From an uncultured delta proteobacterium (GTDB taxonomy: Bacteria; Myxococcota_A; UBA9160; SMWR01): 64,000 nucleotides of DNA. The notes under the pieces were generated by a model. It was given only the letters and a program-made list of their open reading frames with translations. It made no database searches and had not been told where the DNA came from. This document shows, piece by piece, positions 10,372 through 20,646 of the stretch (within the stretch, counting starts at the first letter, position 1; each line of letters starts with the position of its first letter). The position numbers were made by a program, and so were the translations under genes. The stretch lies in the NCBI GenBank assembly GCA_963832165.1, contig CAWHTE010000002.1, positions 429,484-493,483 of the forward strand. The letters run 5' to 3'.

Positions 10372-11186
10372 TGGCGCGCCGAATCGCGCTCGCAGCCGCG
10401 CTCGCACTGTTCGCGTGCGGTGGCGCCGAGTCGTTCGAGGCGAGCGGTGTCGTGCGCGCCGTGCGCGCGTCGGAGCGTTCGGTGACGATCGAGCACGGCG
10501 ACATCGAGGGGCTGATGCCCGCGATGACGATGAGCTTCGACGTCGCCGACCCGGAACTGCTCGCGGGGATCGAGCCGGGTCAGTACGTCGAGTTTCGTCT
10601 CTCGCGGAGCGGTGAGCACTTCGAGATCACGGCACTCGAGGCGCCCGGCGCGGCCGAGGCGGGCGTCGCGGGAACGTCCGGCGGCGGCGATCCACTCCGG
10701 GCGGCCGGGGATCCCGCGCCGGATTTCGCGCTGGTCGATCAGGATGCGCGCCCGGTCTCGCTCGCGGCGCTGCGCGGCAAGGTCGTGCTGCTCGACTTCG
10801 TCTACACGAGCTGCCCCGGACCGTGCCCGATCCTGACCGGAATCCACCGCGACGTGCGCGACGGACTGTCCGCCGCCGACCGCGCGCGCGTGCAGCTCGT
10901 GTCGATCACGATCGATCCGTTGCGCGACACACCCGAGGTGCTGCGCGCGTGGACGAGCGCGCGCCGCCTCGATACCCAGGGCTGGTCGTTCGCGACCGGA
11001 CCCGTCGCCGACGTGGACGCGGTCGTGCTCGCCTACGGCGTCGGGTCGACGCGCCAGCCGAGCGGCGAGATCGAGCACACCGTCGCGACCTTCCTGATCG
11101 ACCGCGAGGGCAATATCGCGCGGCGCTATCTCGGCCTCACCCACGAGCCCGCTGCGGTGCGCGCGGAGATCGAGCGCTTGCTCTAG
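10371..11186 (+). CDS. Lipoprotein with CusF-like copper-binding domain fused to SCO1/SenC domain
   Basis: Lipobox LFAC; HGDIEGLMPAMTMSF; YTSCPGPCP and distal His. Confidence 0.88.
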   Translation: MARRIALAAALALFACGGAESFEASGVVRAVRASERSVTIEHGDIEGLMPAMTMSFDVADPELLAGIEPGQYVEFRLSRSGEHFEITALEAPGAAEAGVAGTSGGGDPLRAAGDPAPDFALVDQDARPVSLAALRGKVVLLDFVYTSCPGPCPILTGIHRDVRDGLSAADRARVQLVSITIDPLRDTPEVLRAWTSARRLDTQGWSFATGPVADVDAVVLAYGVGSTRQPSGEIEHTVATFLIDREGNIARRYLGLTHEPAAVRAEIERLL

Positions 11187-11188
11187 CG

Positions 11189-11566
11189 CTATTCGACGCG
11201 CTCGGCGGTCTGTGCGTGGATGCCCCAGATTTCGTCGTCCAGCGACGCGTGATCCCACTTGCCGGCGACGCGCACCTTGCGGCCGACCTCGGGCGGTTTG
11301 CCGTCGTTGAGCTTGCGCAGCATGTGCTCAGGAACGCGGACCAGCACCGAGCCGGTGTCATCCTCGAGCGTCACGACGTAGCGGGAGCCGGAACCCACCG
11401 CGACGTGGGTGATGCGACCCTGGACCATCACGTAGTCGCCCGACTCGGCCTTCTCGTTCACCTCCGCGATCGGGCGGACCCCGGACGCCATCGACCCCTT
11501 CCAGGCGGAAGCCGGAGCGGCCAGCGTGAAGCTCGCAATGGCGAGGACGATCACTGCGCTGCGCAT
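11189..11566 (-). CDS. Secreted OB-fold protein (YgiW/YdeI-like)
   Basis: Signal peptide; VMVQGRITH..LEDDTGSVLV..GRKVRVAG pattern. Confidence 0.7.
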   Translation of the reverse strand: MRSAVIVLAIASFTLAAPASAWKGSMASGVRPIAEVNEKAESGDYVMVQGRITHVAVGSGSRYVVTLEDDTGSVLVRVPEHMLRKLNDGKPPEVGRKVRVAGKWDHASLDDEIWGIHAQTAERVE

Positions 11567-11642
11567 GGAACCCCCCTTTGCGCGGGATTCATGGATCGGT
11601 GCCGCGCACGCGGAGCTTGAGGACGTGTGCGACGCTTCGCGC

Positions 11643-12227
11643 ATGCGAACGAGCCTCCACATAGCGCTCGCGGCCACTGCAGCGGTGGTTCTCGGTCTCG
11701 GCTCGGGCGCGTGGGCCGTGCGTGCGGGACTCTCGGCGGGCAACGTCGCGAATGGACCCTGGCGGACGAGTCTCACCACCGGGAGCGCCGAGGCGGACCT
11801 CTACACACGGGCCCGTGTTGCGGTCGGCGCACTGCTGGCGCTCTCGCCCGCAGAGACGATCTACTGGAACGCCGACCGCGACTCCTCGGGCGCGCTGCTC
11901 GAGGCGCGCTGCGACTACGAGGTCGCGGGCGACGAGCTGCCCGCGCGCTGGTGGAGCATCACAGCCTACGGCTCGGACGATTTCCTGATCCCGAACGAGC
12001 CCGGGCGCTATTCCTTCAGCCAGACGACACTCGCGCGCGAGCCGCGTGGCGCCTGGGCGATCGAGGTTTCGACGGAAGCGAAGCCGCGCAACTGGCTGCC
12101 GTCGGGCCGGTCGGGCGACGCTGGCCGCTTCGCCCTCACCCTGCGTCTCTACAACCCGGAGCGCGCGATGCGCGAGCAGCCGGGATCGGCAGAGCTTCCG
12201 CAGATCGAGCGGGGTGAATGCCGGTGA
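11643..12227 (+). CDS. DUF1214 domain protein
   Basis: ETIYW..DSSGALL..PARWWSITAY..NWLP..LTLRLYNP. Confidence 0.85.
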   Translation: MRTSLHIALAATAAVVLGLGSGAWAVRAGLSAGNVANGPWRTSLTTGSAEADLYTRARVAVGALLALSPAETIYWNADRDSSGALLEARCDYEVAGDELPARWWSITAYGSDDFLIPNEPGRYSFSQTTLAREPRGAWAIEVSTEAKPRNWLPSGRSGDAGRFALTLRLYNPERAMREQPGSAELPQIERGECR

Positions 12228-12754
12228 AGCGCGCTCTCGCCACGACGCTCGCCGTGCTGGGCTGCGCGGCCGCGCTCCACGTCGCGGTAGTCGCGACTCT
12301 GCCCTACGCGATCATGGGCGTCGCGATGCGCCGGCTCGGCGCCGCGGGCGGCGAGAACGTCTGGATGCACCCTCCGCTTGCGACGGCGGCTTCGCGCGCG
12401 ATCGTGCGCCCGAGCCCGGACCTCGCCTACTCGAGTCTGATCTTCGACGTCGGCGAGCGGCCGCTCCGGGTGCGCGTGCCGATCACGCTGCCCTACACCT
12501 CCCTTTCGGGCTTTGCGCGCAACACCGACAACTTCTTCGCCGTGAACGACCAGACGGCGGGTGCGCCCGAGATCGACGTCGTCCTGGTCGGCCCGAGCAC
12601 TCCGCGCGCAGGGCTCGAAGGCCTGCGTGTCGTCACTTCGCCGAGCGACCGCGGCATCCTGCTCGTGCGCCGCGTCGTCCCCGACGCGGCCGACTTCCCC
12701 GCAATCGACTCCGCCCGCCGCGTCACCGAAGTCCGGAGTGGTTCGATTCGCTAG
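12218..12754 (+). CDS. DUF1254 domain protein
   Basis: IVRPSPDLAYS..FDV..PLRV; overlaps DUF1214 gene. Confidence 0.75.
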   Translation: MPVKRALATTLAVLGCAAALHVAVVATLPYAIMGVAMRRLGAAGGENVWMHPPLATAASRAIVRPSPDLAYSSLIFDVGERPLRVRVPITLPYTSLSGFARNTDNFFAVNDQTAGAPEIDVVLVGPSTPRAGLEGLRVVTSPSDRGILLVRRVVPDAADFPAIDSARRVTEVRSGSIR

Positions 12755-12862
12755 CTCGGCATGCCCGGGGGGAGCCGCTGGAGCCGAGAATCCGTCAGCG
12801 GAGGATCCGCTCGCCGGCGCGGCGTGGTAGGTTGAGACAGCGCTGCAGTTCTGGGGTTCGTT

Positions 12863-14434
12863 CTGACGCGTCTCGTCCTACCGACGCTGTGCCTTCTCGC
12901 CGCCTTGTCGGCGGCGGAGCCACGCCAGGCCGGGGCCGAGGAGAACGAGCCGGCGCCGGCGCGGGTCGAGCCCGCGCCCGCGGCCCTCGAGCTCGCGCTT
13001 CGCGAGCTCCCGCCCGGCATCCGCGCCGCGGCGCCCGAGGCACCGTCGCCGCTCACAGTCGAGTACACGGTCGACGCAGCGCTCGAGGCCCAGGTCCGCG
13101 AGATCCTGACGCGCAGCCGCCTCCATCTGGCCCAGGTGATCGTGATGGATCCGGCGACTGGCGAGGTCTTCGCATACGTCGCGACCGATCCGCAGGCCTT
13201 TCCGGCAACGCGCGCCTACCCGACGGCGTCGCTCATGAAGGTCGTGACCGCGGCCGCGGTGCTGCGCGATGCGCCCAGCGCGGCGCGACGGAGCTGCCGC
13301 TACCGCGGGAGCCCCTACCAGGTCAACGCCGCGCAGCTCAAGGCACCGCGCACGGGAGGTCGGCTCGAGAGCTTCGATGAGGCGCTCGCGATCTCGAACA
13401 ACCAGTGCTTCGCGCGCCTCGCGGCCCACGATGTCGGACGTGCGGCGCTGTTCGCGGAGATCGAGCGCGTGGGCCTGCTCGCATCTCCCGCTCCCGGGCA
13501 TCCGGGTGGGAGCATCGAGCCGGTCGGGGACGCGCTCGCGCTGGGCCGCCTCGGGTCGGGGCTCGCGGGCTCGTTCCTCTCGCCGCTGGCGGCCGCGCGG
13601 CTCGCCGCGGCGCTTGCGCGTGGCGAGCTGGTCGAGCCGCACTGGATCGCGCGTGTGCGCGACGCCGCGGGCGAGCTCGTCGCGGTGCCGGACGTCGCCC
13701 CGCCCCGGCGCATCTGGGAGCCGGACGTCGCCGCCTCACTGCGCCGCTCGCTGCGCGGCGTCACCGAGCGCGGCACCGCGCGCCGCGCCTTTCAGAACAA
13801 ACGCGGCGAGCCGCTGCTCGGCGACGTCGCGGTCGCGGGCAAGACCGGAACATTGAGCGGCAAGGATCCGAAAGGGCTCTACCAGTGGTTCGTCGGCGTC
13901 GCTCCCGCGGAGGAGCCGCGCATCGCGATCGCCGCACTCGTGGTGCGCGACCGCAAAGGATCACATCGCCGCGGCGGCGCGGGGACCAACGCCTCGCAGG
14001 TCGCCGCGCAGACCCTGCGAGGGATCTTCTGCGACGGCGCCGGCTGCGCCGCCGATCGCGTCGAGCCGCTCTACGCGCGCGCCAACGCGCGCCGCGCCGA
14101 GTCTGTGGCGGAGCTCGAGGCGCAGCGCGCCGCGCGCGAGCGTGCCCGCATCGCCGCCGAGCGCGTCGTGCCGGCGCGTCTGCTCGAGGAGTCCGACATC
14201 GAGTTCCCGCGCTCGCTGCGGCGCCGGAAGGTCGAGGGGGAGATCGTGCTCGCCGTCTCGCTCGCGCCGAGCGGCGACGTCGCGAACGTCCGCGTCGACG
14301 CGTCGGACCTGCCGGCGCGATTCGGCAATCACGTCTCCGAAGTGGTGCGCGACTGGAAGTTCGCCCCGTCGACCCGCGGCGGCGAGCCGATCGCGAGCGA
14401 GGTTCGGCTGCGGATCCCGGTTCAGATCCGCTAG
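12863..14434 (+). CDS. Penicillin-binding transpeptidase domain fused to TonB C-terminal domain (start uncertain: CTG 12863 or TTG 12905)
   Basis: SxxK (SLMK), SxN (SNN), KTG; C-terminal FPRSLRRRKVEGEIVL..GDVANV..VRDWKFAP..GGEP..IPV. Confidence 0.85.
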   Translation: MTRLVLPTLCLLAALSAAEPRQAGAEENEPAPARVEPAPAALELALRELPPGIRAAAPEAPSPLTVEYTVDAALEAQVREILTRSRLHLAQVIVMDPATGEVFAYVATDPQAFPATRAYPTASLMKVVTAAAVLRDAPSAARRSCRYRGSPYQVNAAQLKAPRTGGRLESFDEALAISNNQCFARLAAHDVGRAALFAEIERVGLLASPAPGHPGGSIEPVGDALALGRLGSGLAGSFLSPLAAARLAAALARGELVEPHWIARVRDAAGELVAVPDVAPPRRIWEPDVAASLRRSLRGVTERGTARRAFQNKRGEPLLGDVAVAGKTGTLSGKDPKGLYQWFVGVAPAEEPRIAIAALVVRDRKGSHRRGGAGTNASQVAAQTLRGIFCDGAGCAADRVEPLYARANARRAESVAELEAQRAARERARIAAERVVPARLLEESDIEFPRSLRRRKVEGEIVLAVSLAPSGDVANVRVDASDLPARFGNHVSEVVRDWKFAPSTRGGEPIASEVRLRIPVQIR

Positions 14435-14507
14435 CGGCCGTGGCCAACCGCTCGCGCTACTTCGCGTTCGGCAACGCCCGCTGCTCGGGGCAGATGGAGG
14501 GTGCAGC

Positions 14508-15533
14508 ATGCGAGTTCTGAACATCCACGGCGTCGATGACGTCCGGCTGGATCCGGTCGATCCGCCGCGCCCGGGAAGCAAGGACGTCGTGGTGAGGGTG
14601 AAGGCGTGCGGAATCTGCGGCAGCGACCTCACCTACATCAAGATCGGTGGAATTCTCCGTCCGCCCGGCGGCACGACGCCGATCGGCCACGAGGCCGCGG
14701 GCGAAGTGATCGCCGTCGGAGACGACGTGAGCGGCGTTGCCGTGGGGCAGCGGGTCGTCATCAACCCGATGATGACGCCGAGCCATATCGGCAGTGGCGG
14801 CCCGGAGGGTGCCTTCACCGAGGAGCTTCTGGTTCGCGACGCGCGCGTCGGCGACAGCCTGCTTCCGATCCCGGAGGATCTGCCCTACGAGATCGCGGCG
14901 CTGACTGAGCCGCTCGCCGTCGCGCTGCACGGCGTCAACCGCGCCCAGGCGAAGCCGGGCGACAAGGTGGTCGTGTTCGGATGCGGTCCGATCGGTCTCG
15001 GCATGGTGCTGTGGCTGGTGGACCGCGGCGTGACCGACGTGGTCGCGCTCGACCTCGCGCCGGAACGGCTGGCGCGCGCTGCGGCGCTCGGCGCACGAGC
15101 GGTGTTGGATCCCACGCGCGAAGACCTTCGCGCGCGCCTGCTCGAGCTGCACGGCTCGGCGCGTATTTTCAACCGCGAAGCGGTGGGTACGGATGCCTTC
15201 ATCGACGCAGCCGGTGCGCCCAACATCCTGTCCGACGTGGTGAGGATGGCGAAGTACCAATCGCGCATGGTGGTGACGGCGGCCTACATGAAGCCGGTGC
15301 CGCTCGATCTCGGCGCGATGCTGACGACCGAGATGATGATCACCACCGCGGTCGGCTATCCCGACGAAATGCCGGACGTGATCGCGGCCCTGCCCCGGCT
15401 GCGCGAGAAGCTCAGTACGCTGATCAGCCATCGCTTCCCGTTCGACGAGGTCATCGAGGCGCTCGGCGTCGCCGGTACGCCGGCTTCGGCGAAAGTGATG
15501 ATCGAGTTCCCGGCGATCACCTCGCCGAATTGA
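14508..15533 (+). CDS. Zinc-binding MDR dehydrogenase
   Basis: CGICGSD, GHEAAG, EPLAVALH, GCGPIG. Confidence 0.92.
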   Translation: MRVLNIHGVDDVRLDPVDPPRPGSKDVVVRVKACGICGSDLTYIKIGGILRPPGGTTPIGHEAAGEVIAVGDDVSGVAVGQRVVINPMMTPSHIGSGGPEGAFTEELLVRDARVGDSLLPIPEDLPYEIAALTEPLAVALHGVNRAQAKPGDKVVVFGCGPIGLGMVLWLVDRGVTDVVALDLAPERLARAAALGARAVLDPTREDLRARLLELHGSARIFNREAVGTDAFIDAAGAPNILSDVVRMAKYQSRMVVTAAYMKPVPLDLGAMLTTEMMITTAVGYPDEMPDVIAALPRLREKLSTLISHRFPFDEVIEALGVAGTPASAKVMIEFPAITSPN

Positions 15534-15567
15534 CACCTCGACCGCTGTTCCCGCAGACTGACCGCCC

Positions 15568-16740
15568 GTGAGCACAGCGAGCACACGAATCACGATCGAC
15601 GATGTCGTCGCACGCGCGGCCCAGCGTGCAGGGCTCGACGACTTCGGTCCGCCGACCTGGCGCGAAGGCCTGGAAGTCCTGCTCGGCGAGCTCCACGCGG
15701 ACGACCGGGTTACGGACCCGGGCTATGAGACGATGATCGGAATGATGGTCGATGCGCTGTGGAACCGACTGCGCGTGGTCGACTACGCCAAGCAGCATCC
15801 GGAAGTGCGGTCGGGACAGATCCGGGCGCCGCTCGTGATTCTCGGGATGCCGCGCACCGGCACCACGGTCGCGAGCTATCTGCTCGACCAGGACCCCGCG
15901 CACCGCTCGCTGCTGAACTGGGAAGCCCCCGATTCGATCCCGCCGTCGACCACGAAGACGCTGCGCAGCGATCCCCGCTGTCTCGCGAAGAAGGAGATGG
16001 CGAACAAGATGGTCGAGGCGATGCTCGCCGCCGGCATCAGCCCGCCGCATTGGGAGGACGCCGACGGCCCCACCGAGTGCATCTTCGTACAGAACCAGGA
16101 CTTCAAGGCGCTCTGCTGGGATGCGTTCCAGCCGAACGACGTGTATTGGCGCTGGCTGAAGCAGTGCGACATGACGAGCGCGTACGAGTACGAGCGGCTC
16201 GTGCTACAGATCCTCCAGTCGCAGGCATCGGGCCGCTGGTCGCTCAAGATGCCGTCGCACGCAGTGCACATCGAGACGTTGGTGAAGACCTTCCCCGACG
16301 TGAGGATGATCTGGGCGCACCGCGACCCCTACAAGGCGACGGGGTCGCTCTGCAGCACCGTCGAGATGGGCCACGGCAGGCTCGGCTTCGTCGACCGCGA
16401 GGCGATCGGGCGCACCTCGGTGGACCAGATGCGCGAGCACGTGGGGCGGCCGCTGCGCCTGCGCGAGCGGATCGGTGACGCGCAGTTCTACGACCTGCAC
16501 TACGCCAACCTGATGCGCGACCCGATCGGCGAGATGCGCGCGATCTACGCGTGGGCGGGCGAAGAGCTCTTGCCCAGGGTCGAGGCGCGGATGACGGAAT
16601 GGCTGAAGGCGCGTCCGCAGGATCGCTTCGGTCCGCGGCCGTACTCGCTCGAGCAGTACGGACTCACTCAGCGGGAGCTGGTGCCCGTGTTCGCGGAGTA
16701 TCTCGACCGGTTCGACATCGAGCTCGAAGGCGTCGAATGA
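15568..16740 (+). CDS. Sulfotransferase family protein
   Basis: PAPS-binding GMPRTGTT, WSLKMPSH, HRDP. Confidence 0.92.
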   Translation: MSTASTRITIDDVVARAAQRAGLDDFGPPTWREGLEVLLGELHADDRVTDPGYETMIGMMVDALWNRLRVVDYAKQHPEVRSGQIRAPLVILGMPRTGTTVASYLLDQDPAHRSLLNWEAPDSIPPSTTKTLRSDPRCLAKKEMANKMVEAMLAAGISPPHWEDADGPTECIFVQNQDFKALCWDAFQPNDVYWRWLKQCDMTSAYEYERLVLQILQSQASGRWSLKMPSHAVHIETLVKTFPDVRMIWAHRDPYKATGSLCSTVEMGHGRLGFVDREAIGRTSVDQMREHVGRPLRLRERIGDAQFYDLHYANLMRDPIGEMRAIYAWAGEELLPRVEARMTEWLKARPQDRFGPRPYSLEQYGLTQRELVPVFAEYLDRFDIELEGVE

Positions 16741-17999
16741 GCGGCCCTGCGCTCGTAGACCTGGTATCGGCCGGTGCGCAGCAGCAAGACGCGGTTGCGA
16801 TCAACGACCACATCTTCATGTCGCGCGGCGTGTCGAACTGCTACCTGGTCGGCACCGGCAGCGGGGCGCTGCTCGTGAACACCGGGATGACGCACGAGGC
16901 CGAGGCCCACCGCGACCGCTTCGCGCGGGCGTGCAACGAGCGGGTCCGGGCGATCGTCTTCACGCAGAGCCACGGGGACCACGTCGGCGGCTGGACGATG
17001 TTCAACGGTCCCGACGTCGACACGATCGTGCAGAAGAACTTCCCCGACGTGCGCGGCTACTGGAACCGGCTCGCACCGTTCTACGGCCGCCGGACCGCGA
17101 AGCTGTGGAGCGGAGTCGCCGCGACGCGCGCGCAGGGCGTTCCGGCCAGCCGTCCCCCCGTGCTGCCGCCCGACCCGGTGCCGACGGTCACGTTCGACGA
17201 CACCTACTCGTTCAAGGTCGGTGACCTGCGCGTCGAGCTGCTCGCGGTCCCGGGCGGAGAGACCACCGACTCGCTCCTGGTCTGGCTGCCCGACGAGCGC
17301 GTCGCGTTCAGCGGGAACATGCTAGGCCCGATGTACCTCCACGTACCCAACCTCTACACGATCCGCGGCGACAAGCTGCGCAGCGCGTTGCGCTACATCG
17401 AGTCGGTCGACCGGTTGCGCGCGCTGGAGCCGGAAGTGCTGATCACGGGTCACGGCGACCCGATTCGCGGCGCCGAGCGCATCCACGCCGATCTCGAGAA
17501 GCTGCGCGACTCGGTGCAGTGGGTGCACGATCAGACCGTCGCCGGGATGAATGCCGGGACCGACCTGTTCACGCTGATGCGCGAGATCGCGCCGCCGCCC
17601 GAGCTCGCGCTCGGGGAGGGGCACGGCAAGGTGATGTGGAACGTGCGCGCGATCTGGGAGGAGTACGCCGGGTGGTTCCGCTACGAGTCCACCACCGAGC
17701 TGTACGCGGTGCCGCCGCGCGCGGTCTTCGGCGATCTCGTCGAGCTCGCGGGCGGACCCGACGCGCTGGCGAAGCGGGCTGCGTCGCACGTCGCCGCGGG
17801 CAGGCCGCTCGAGGCTCTACACCTCACCGACATCGTGCTCGACGCGGCTCCCGAGCACCGCGGAGCCCGTGAGACCGCGCTCGCCGCGCACGCGCTCCTG
17901 CTCGAACGCAGCGGAGGGGCGAACCTCAGCGAGACGCGGTGGCTCGAGACCGAGATCGCCGCGGCGCGCGCATCGTTGGACCACGAGGAGAAGGACTGA
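16737..17999 (+). CDS. Alkyl sulfatase-like metallo-beta-lactamase fold hydrolase
   Basis: TQSHGDHVGG, GGETTD, PNLYTIRG, GHG, LAGG dimerisation region. Confidence 0.88.
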   Translation: MSGPALVDLVSAGAQQQDAVAINDHIFMSRGVSNCYLVGTGSGALLVNTGMTHEAEAHRDRFARACNERVRAIVFTQSHGDHVGGWTMFNGPDVDTIVQKNFPDVRGYWNRLAPFYGRRTAKLWSGVAATRAQGVPASRPPVLPPDPVPTVTFDDTYSFKVGDLRVELLAVPGGETTDSLLVWLPDERVAFSGNMLGPMYLHVPNLYTIRGDKLRSALRYIESVDRLRALEPEVLITGHGDPIRGAERIHADLEKLRDSVQWVHDQTVAGMNAGTDLFTLMREIAPPPELALGEGHGKVMWNVRAIWEEYAGWFRYESTTELYAVPPRAVFGDLVELAGGPDALAKRAASHVAAGRPLEALHLTDIVLDAAPEHRGARETALAAHALLLERSGGANLSETRWLETEIAAARASLDHEEKD

Positions 18000-18000
18000 C

Positions 18001-18801
18001 ATGGCGGCAGCGGACCTCTTCGACCTCACCGGCAAGGTGGGGCTGGTCACCGGCGCGAACAGCGGTCTCGGCTTCGGGTTCGCGAGCGGCATCGCCAAGT
18101 GCGGTGGTGATGTCGTCGTGTGGGGTCGCCGGGCCGACAAGAACGAGCAGGCGGCCGAGCAGCTGCGCAAGATGGGGGCGCGGCGCGTGCACTGTCAGAG
18201 TGTCGACGTGGCCGACGAGGCGCGTGTCGTCGCCGGAATGGCGGAGGCGATCGAGGTGATGGGACGCGTCGACTGCGTCGTCGCGAACGCCGGCGGCGTC
18301 TCGGGTGCGCCGCTGCACCTGATGAGCACGCAGATGTACAACGACCTGCTCGGCGTCGCGCAGCACGGCGCGTTCTTCACGATGCGCGAAGGCGTCAAGC
18401 ACATGAAGGCGCGCGCCGACGCGGGCGACCCGGGCGGCTCGATCATCGTGTGCGGCAGCCTCACGACCTTCATGGGGCACGCAGGGATCGCGCACTACGC
18501 CGCGGCGAAGGGTGCGGTGGCGTCGATCATGCGATCGATCGCCGTGGAGTACGGACGCGACGGCATCCGCGCCAACGCGGTGTGTGCTGGCCTGTTCTGG
18601 AACGGTCCGATGGAGAACGCGCCCGAGGCAGTCATGGGACCGCTGAAGCAGGTGATGCGCGAGAAGAATCCGATCCCGCGGATGGGCAACCCCGAGGATC
18701 TCGAAGGCATCACCGCGTACCTGATGAGCGACTGCTCGAAGTACCACACGGGAAACCTGATCGTGGTCGACGGCGGCCAGTCGATCACGACGCTCACCTG
18801 A
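18001..18801 (+). CDS. SDR family oxidoreductase
   Basis: TGANSGLG, NAG, YAAAK. Confidence 0.93.
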   Translation: MAAADLFDLTGKVGLVTGANSGLGFGFASGIAKCGGDVVVWGRRADKNEQAAEQLRKMGARRVHCQSVDVADEARVVAGMAEAIEVMGRVDCVVANAGGVSGAPLHLMSTQMYNDLLGVAQHGAFFTMREGVKHMKARADAGDPGGSIIVCGSLTTFMGHAGIAHYAAAKGAVASIMRSIAVEYGRDGIRANAVCAGLFWNGPMENAPEAVMGPLKQVMREKNPIPRMGNPEDLEGITAYLMSDCSKYHTGNLIVVDGGQSITTLT

Positions 18802-18835
18802 GCGCGTCGGGGCGCGGGAAGCGTGCCCGGGGGGC

Positions 18836-20396
18836 CTAACCGCTGTTGTACGTGCGCAGCCGGCCCGCGCGCGTCTCGCGCGTGAACATGTAGAAGTGCC
18901 AGTGCGTGACGCAGCGGTTCATGAACTGCGCGAAGCCGATCACGCCGGGCCGGTGCTTGCGGTTGTCGCGCCAGAAGAAGCGCCAGTAGGTGCGGCCGAC
19001 GCTACCGAGCGAGCCGTCGCGGAATAGCGCCTTCGCGAGCTTCCAGAGCGAGATCAGGCCGTAGCCGAGCGTCGGGATCGTCTTGCCCTCGCCGGCCTTC
19101 TCGCAGATCTCGGCGCGCTTGCGCTCGAACTCCGGGTGCTTCTTGTACGTCGTGAAATAGCGCTCGAAGAACGCCTCGGGCGTGTAGAGGCGCCCGACCA
19201 GCTCCCAGTAGTTCGAGCGCAGCTCTTCGCGCGTCATCTGCTTGGGATGGAAGTTGCAGTTGGGGTCTTCCTCGACGAGGCGCCCCTCCTTCTCCAGGCG
19301 CTCGTAGAGCGGCGTCTTCGGGATGGCGCCGAGCATGCCCACCATCGCGAGCAGGATCCCGTTGTCCTGGATGAAGCGGTACTGGTCCTCGAAGATCTGG
19401 AGGTCGTCGTTGTCGAAGCCGACGATGAAGCCCGCGCTGATGTCGAGCCCCGCGCGCTGGATCCGCGCGAGCTTGTCCTGCATCGAGTCGCCGCGCGTGT
19501 TCTGGAACTTCTTGGTCTCTTTGAGTGACGCTTCGCGCGGCGTCTCGATGCCGATGAACACGCTGCGGAAGTTGGCCTCGTACATGAGCTCGAGCAGCAC
19601 CGCGTCGTCGGCCAGGTTGATGCTGGCCTCGGTGGAGAGCCGCAGCGGGATAGTTGTGCTCGCGCTGCCAGATCGCGATCTCGCGCAGCAGTTCCTTGGC
19701 TTCTTTCTTGTTCCCGATGAAGTTGTCGTCGACGATCATCGCGGAGAAGAAGCCCGCCTTGCGCATCTCCTCGAGCTCGGCGATCACCTGCGCGGCCTTC
19801 TTCGTGCGCGGCACGCGGCCGAAGATCACGATGATGTCGCAGAACTCGCACTGGAACGGGCAGCCGCGCGAGAACTGCAGCGAGCCCGACGCATAGCGCT
19901 GGACGTGCAGCAGGTCGTAGCGCGGGATCGGCAGGGTGGTCATGTCGGTGCGACCCTCCTGCTCGTAGCGCGTCTTCACGGGGCGTCCGGCCGCGAAGTC
20001 GGCGAGGAACAGCGGCCAGGTCTCGTCGGCCTCGCCGACGAACATCGTGTCGCACAGCCCCTCGAACACCTCCTCCTTCACCGAGACGTACGGGCCGCCC
20101 ACCACCACGTAGGTGTCGATCTTGCGCAGCCGCTCGAGGATCTGGCGTTGGCGCTCGCGCTGGACGTTCATGCCGGTGACGCCGACGATGTCGAAGCGGT
20201 CGAGCGTGGCCCAGTCGATCTCCTCGACGTTCTCGTCGATCAGCACGATCTCGTGCGCGCCCGCGAGCGCGGCCACGGTGGGCAGCGCGCCGTTGATCAT
20301 CGTGCTGCGCCGGTCGCCGGGATAGAGCGGCAGCGCGTACTCGAAGCCCCAGTAGGAGGGCTCGAAGCGCGGGTTGATCAGACACACCGAGAGCAC
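18836..20396 (-). CDS. B12-binding radical SAM protein with a +1 frameshift near 19648 (pseudogene or assembly error)
   Basis: RGCPFQCEFC, DDNFIGNK; ORF 19002-20870 joins ORF 18836-19600 if one base of the GGG run at 19647-19649 is removed (NYPLRLSTEASINLADD); start uncertain. Confidence 0.88.
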
Positions 20397-20646
20397 CGGC
20401 TTGGCCGGCCGGGGTGATGCAGCAGGCGGACGCTGCTCGGAAGCGAACGAAGACGCGAGCGCTTGGGCCAGGAAGGATCCCTCTGGACGGGGGAGTACGG
20501 GCGGCGGACGGCACGGCAGCCGAAGGGCGGGAGAGGCCGAGCGGAGGTTAGGCGATCCGGTGGCGGGCTCCAATCCCCCATTTCCGGGGAGGCGATTTCC
20601 CGGGGGCCCCAGACCCGGCAGGGATGGGCGGCTACGTTCTGAATCG

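Noticed and set aside
10371..12754. CusF-SCO fusion and DUF1214/DUF1254 pair as novel
   Set aside because: Both arrangements are already familiar in bacterial genomes
19640..19655. Programmed ribosomal frameshift in radical SAM gene
   Set aside because: No slippery heptamer; homopolymer indel more likely
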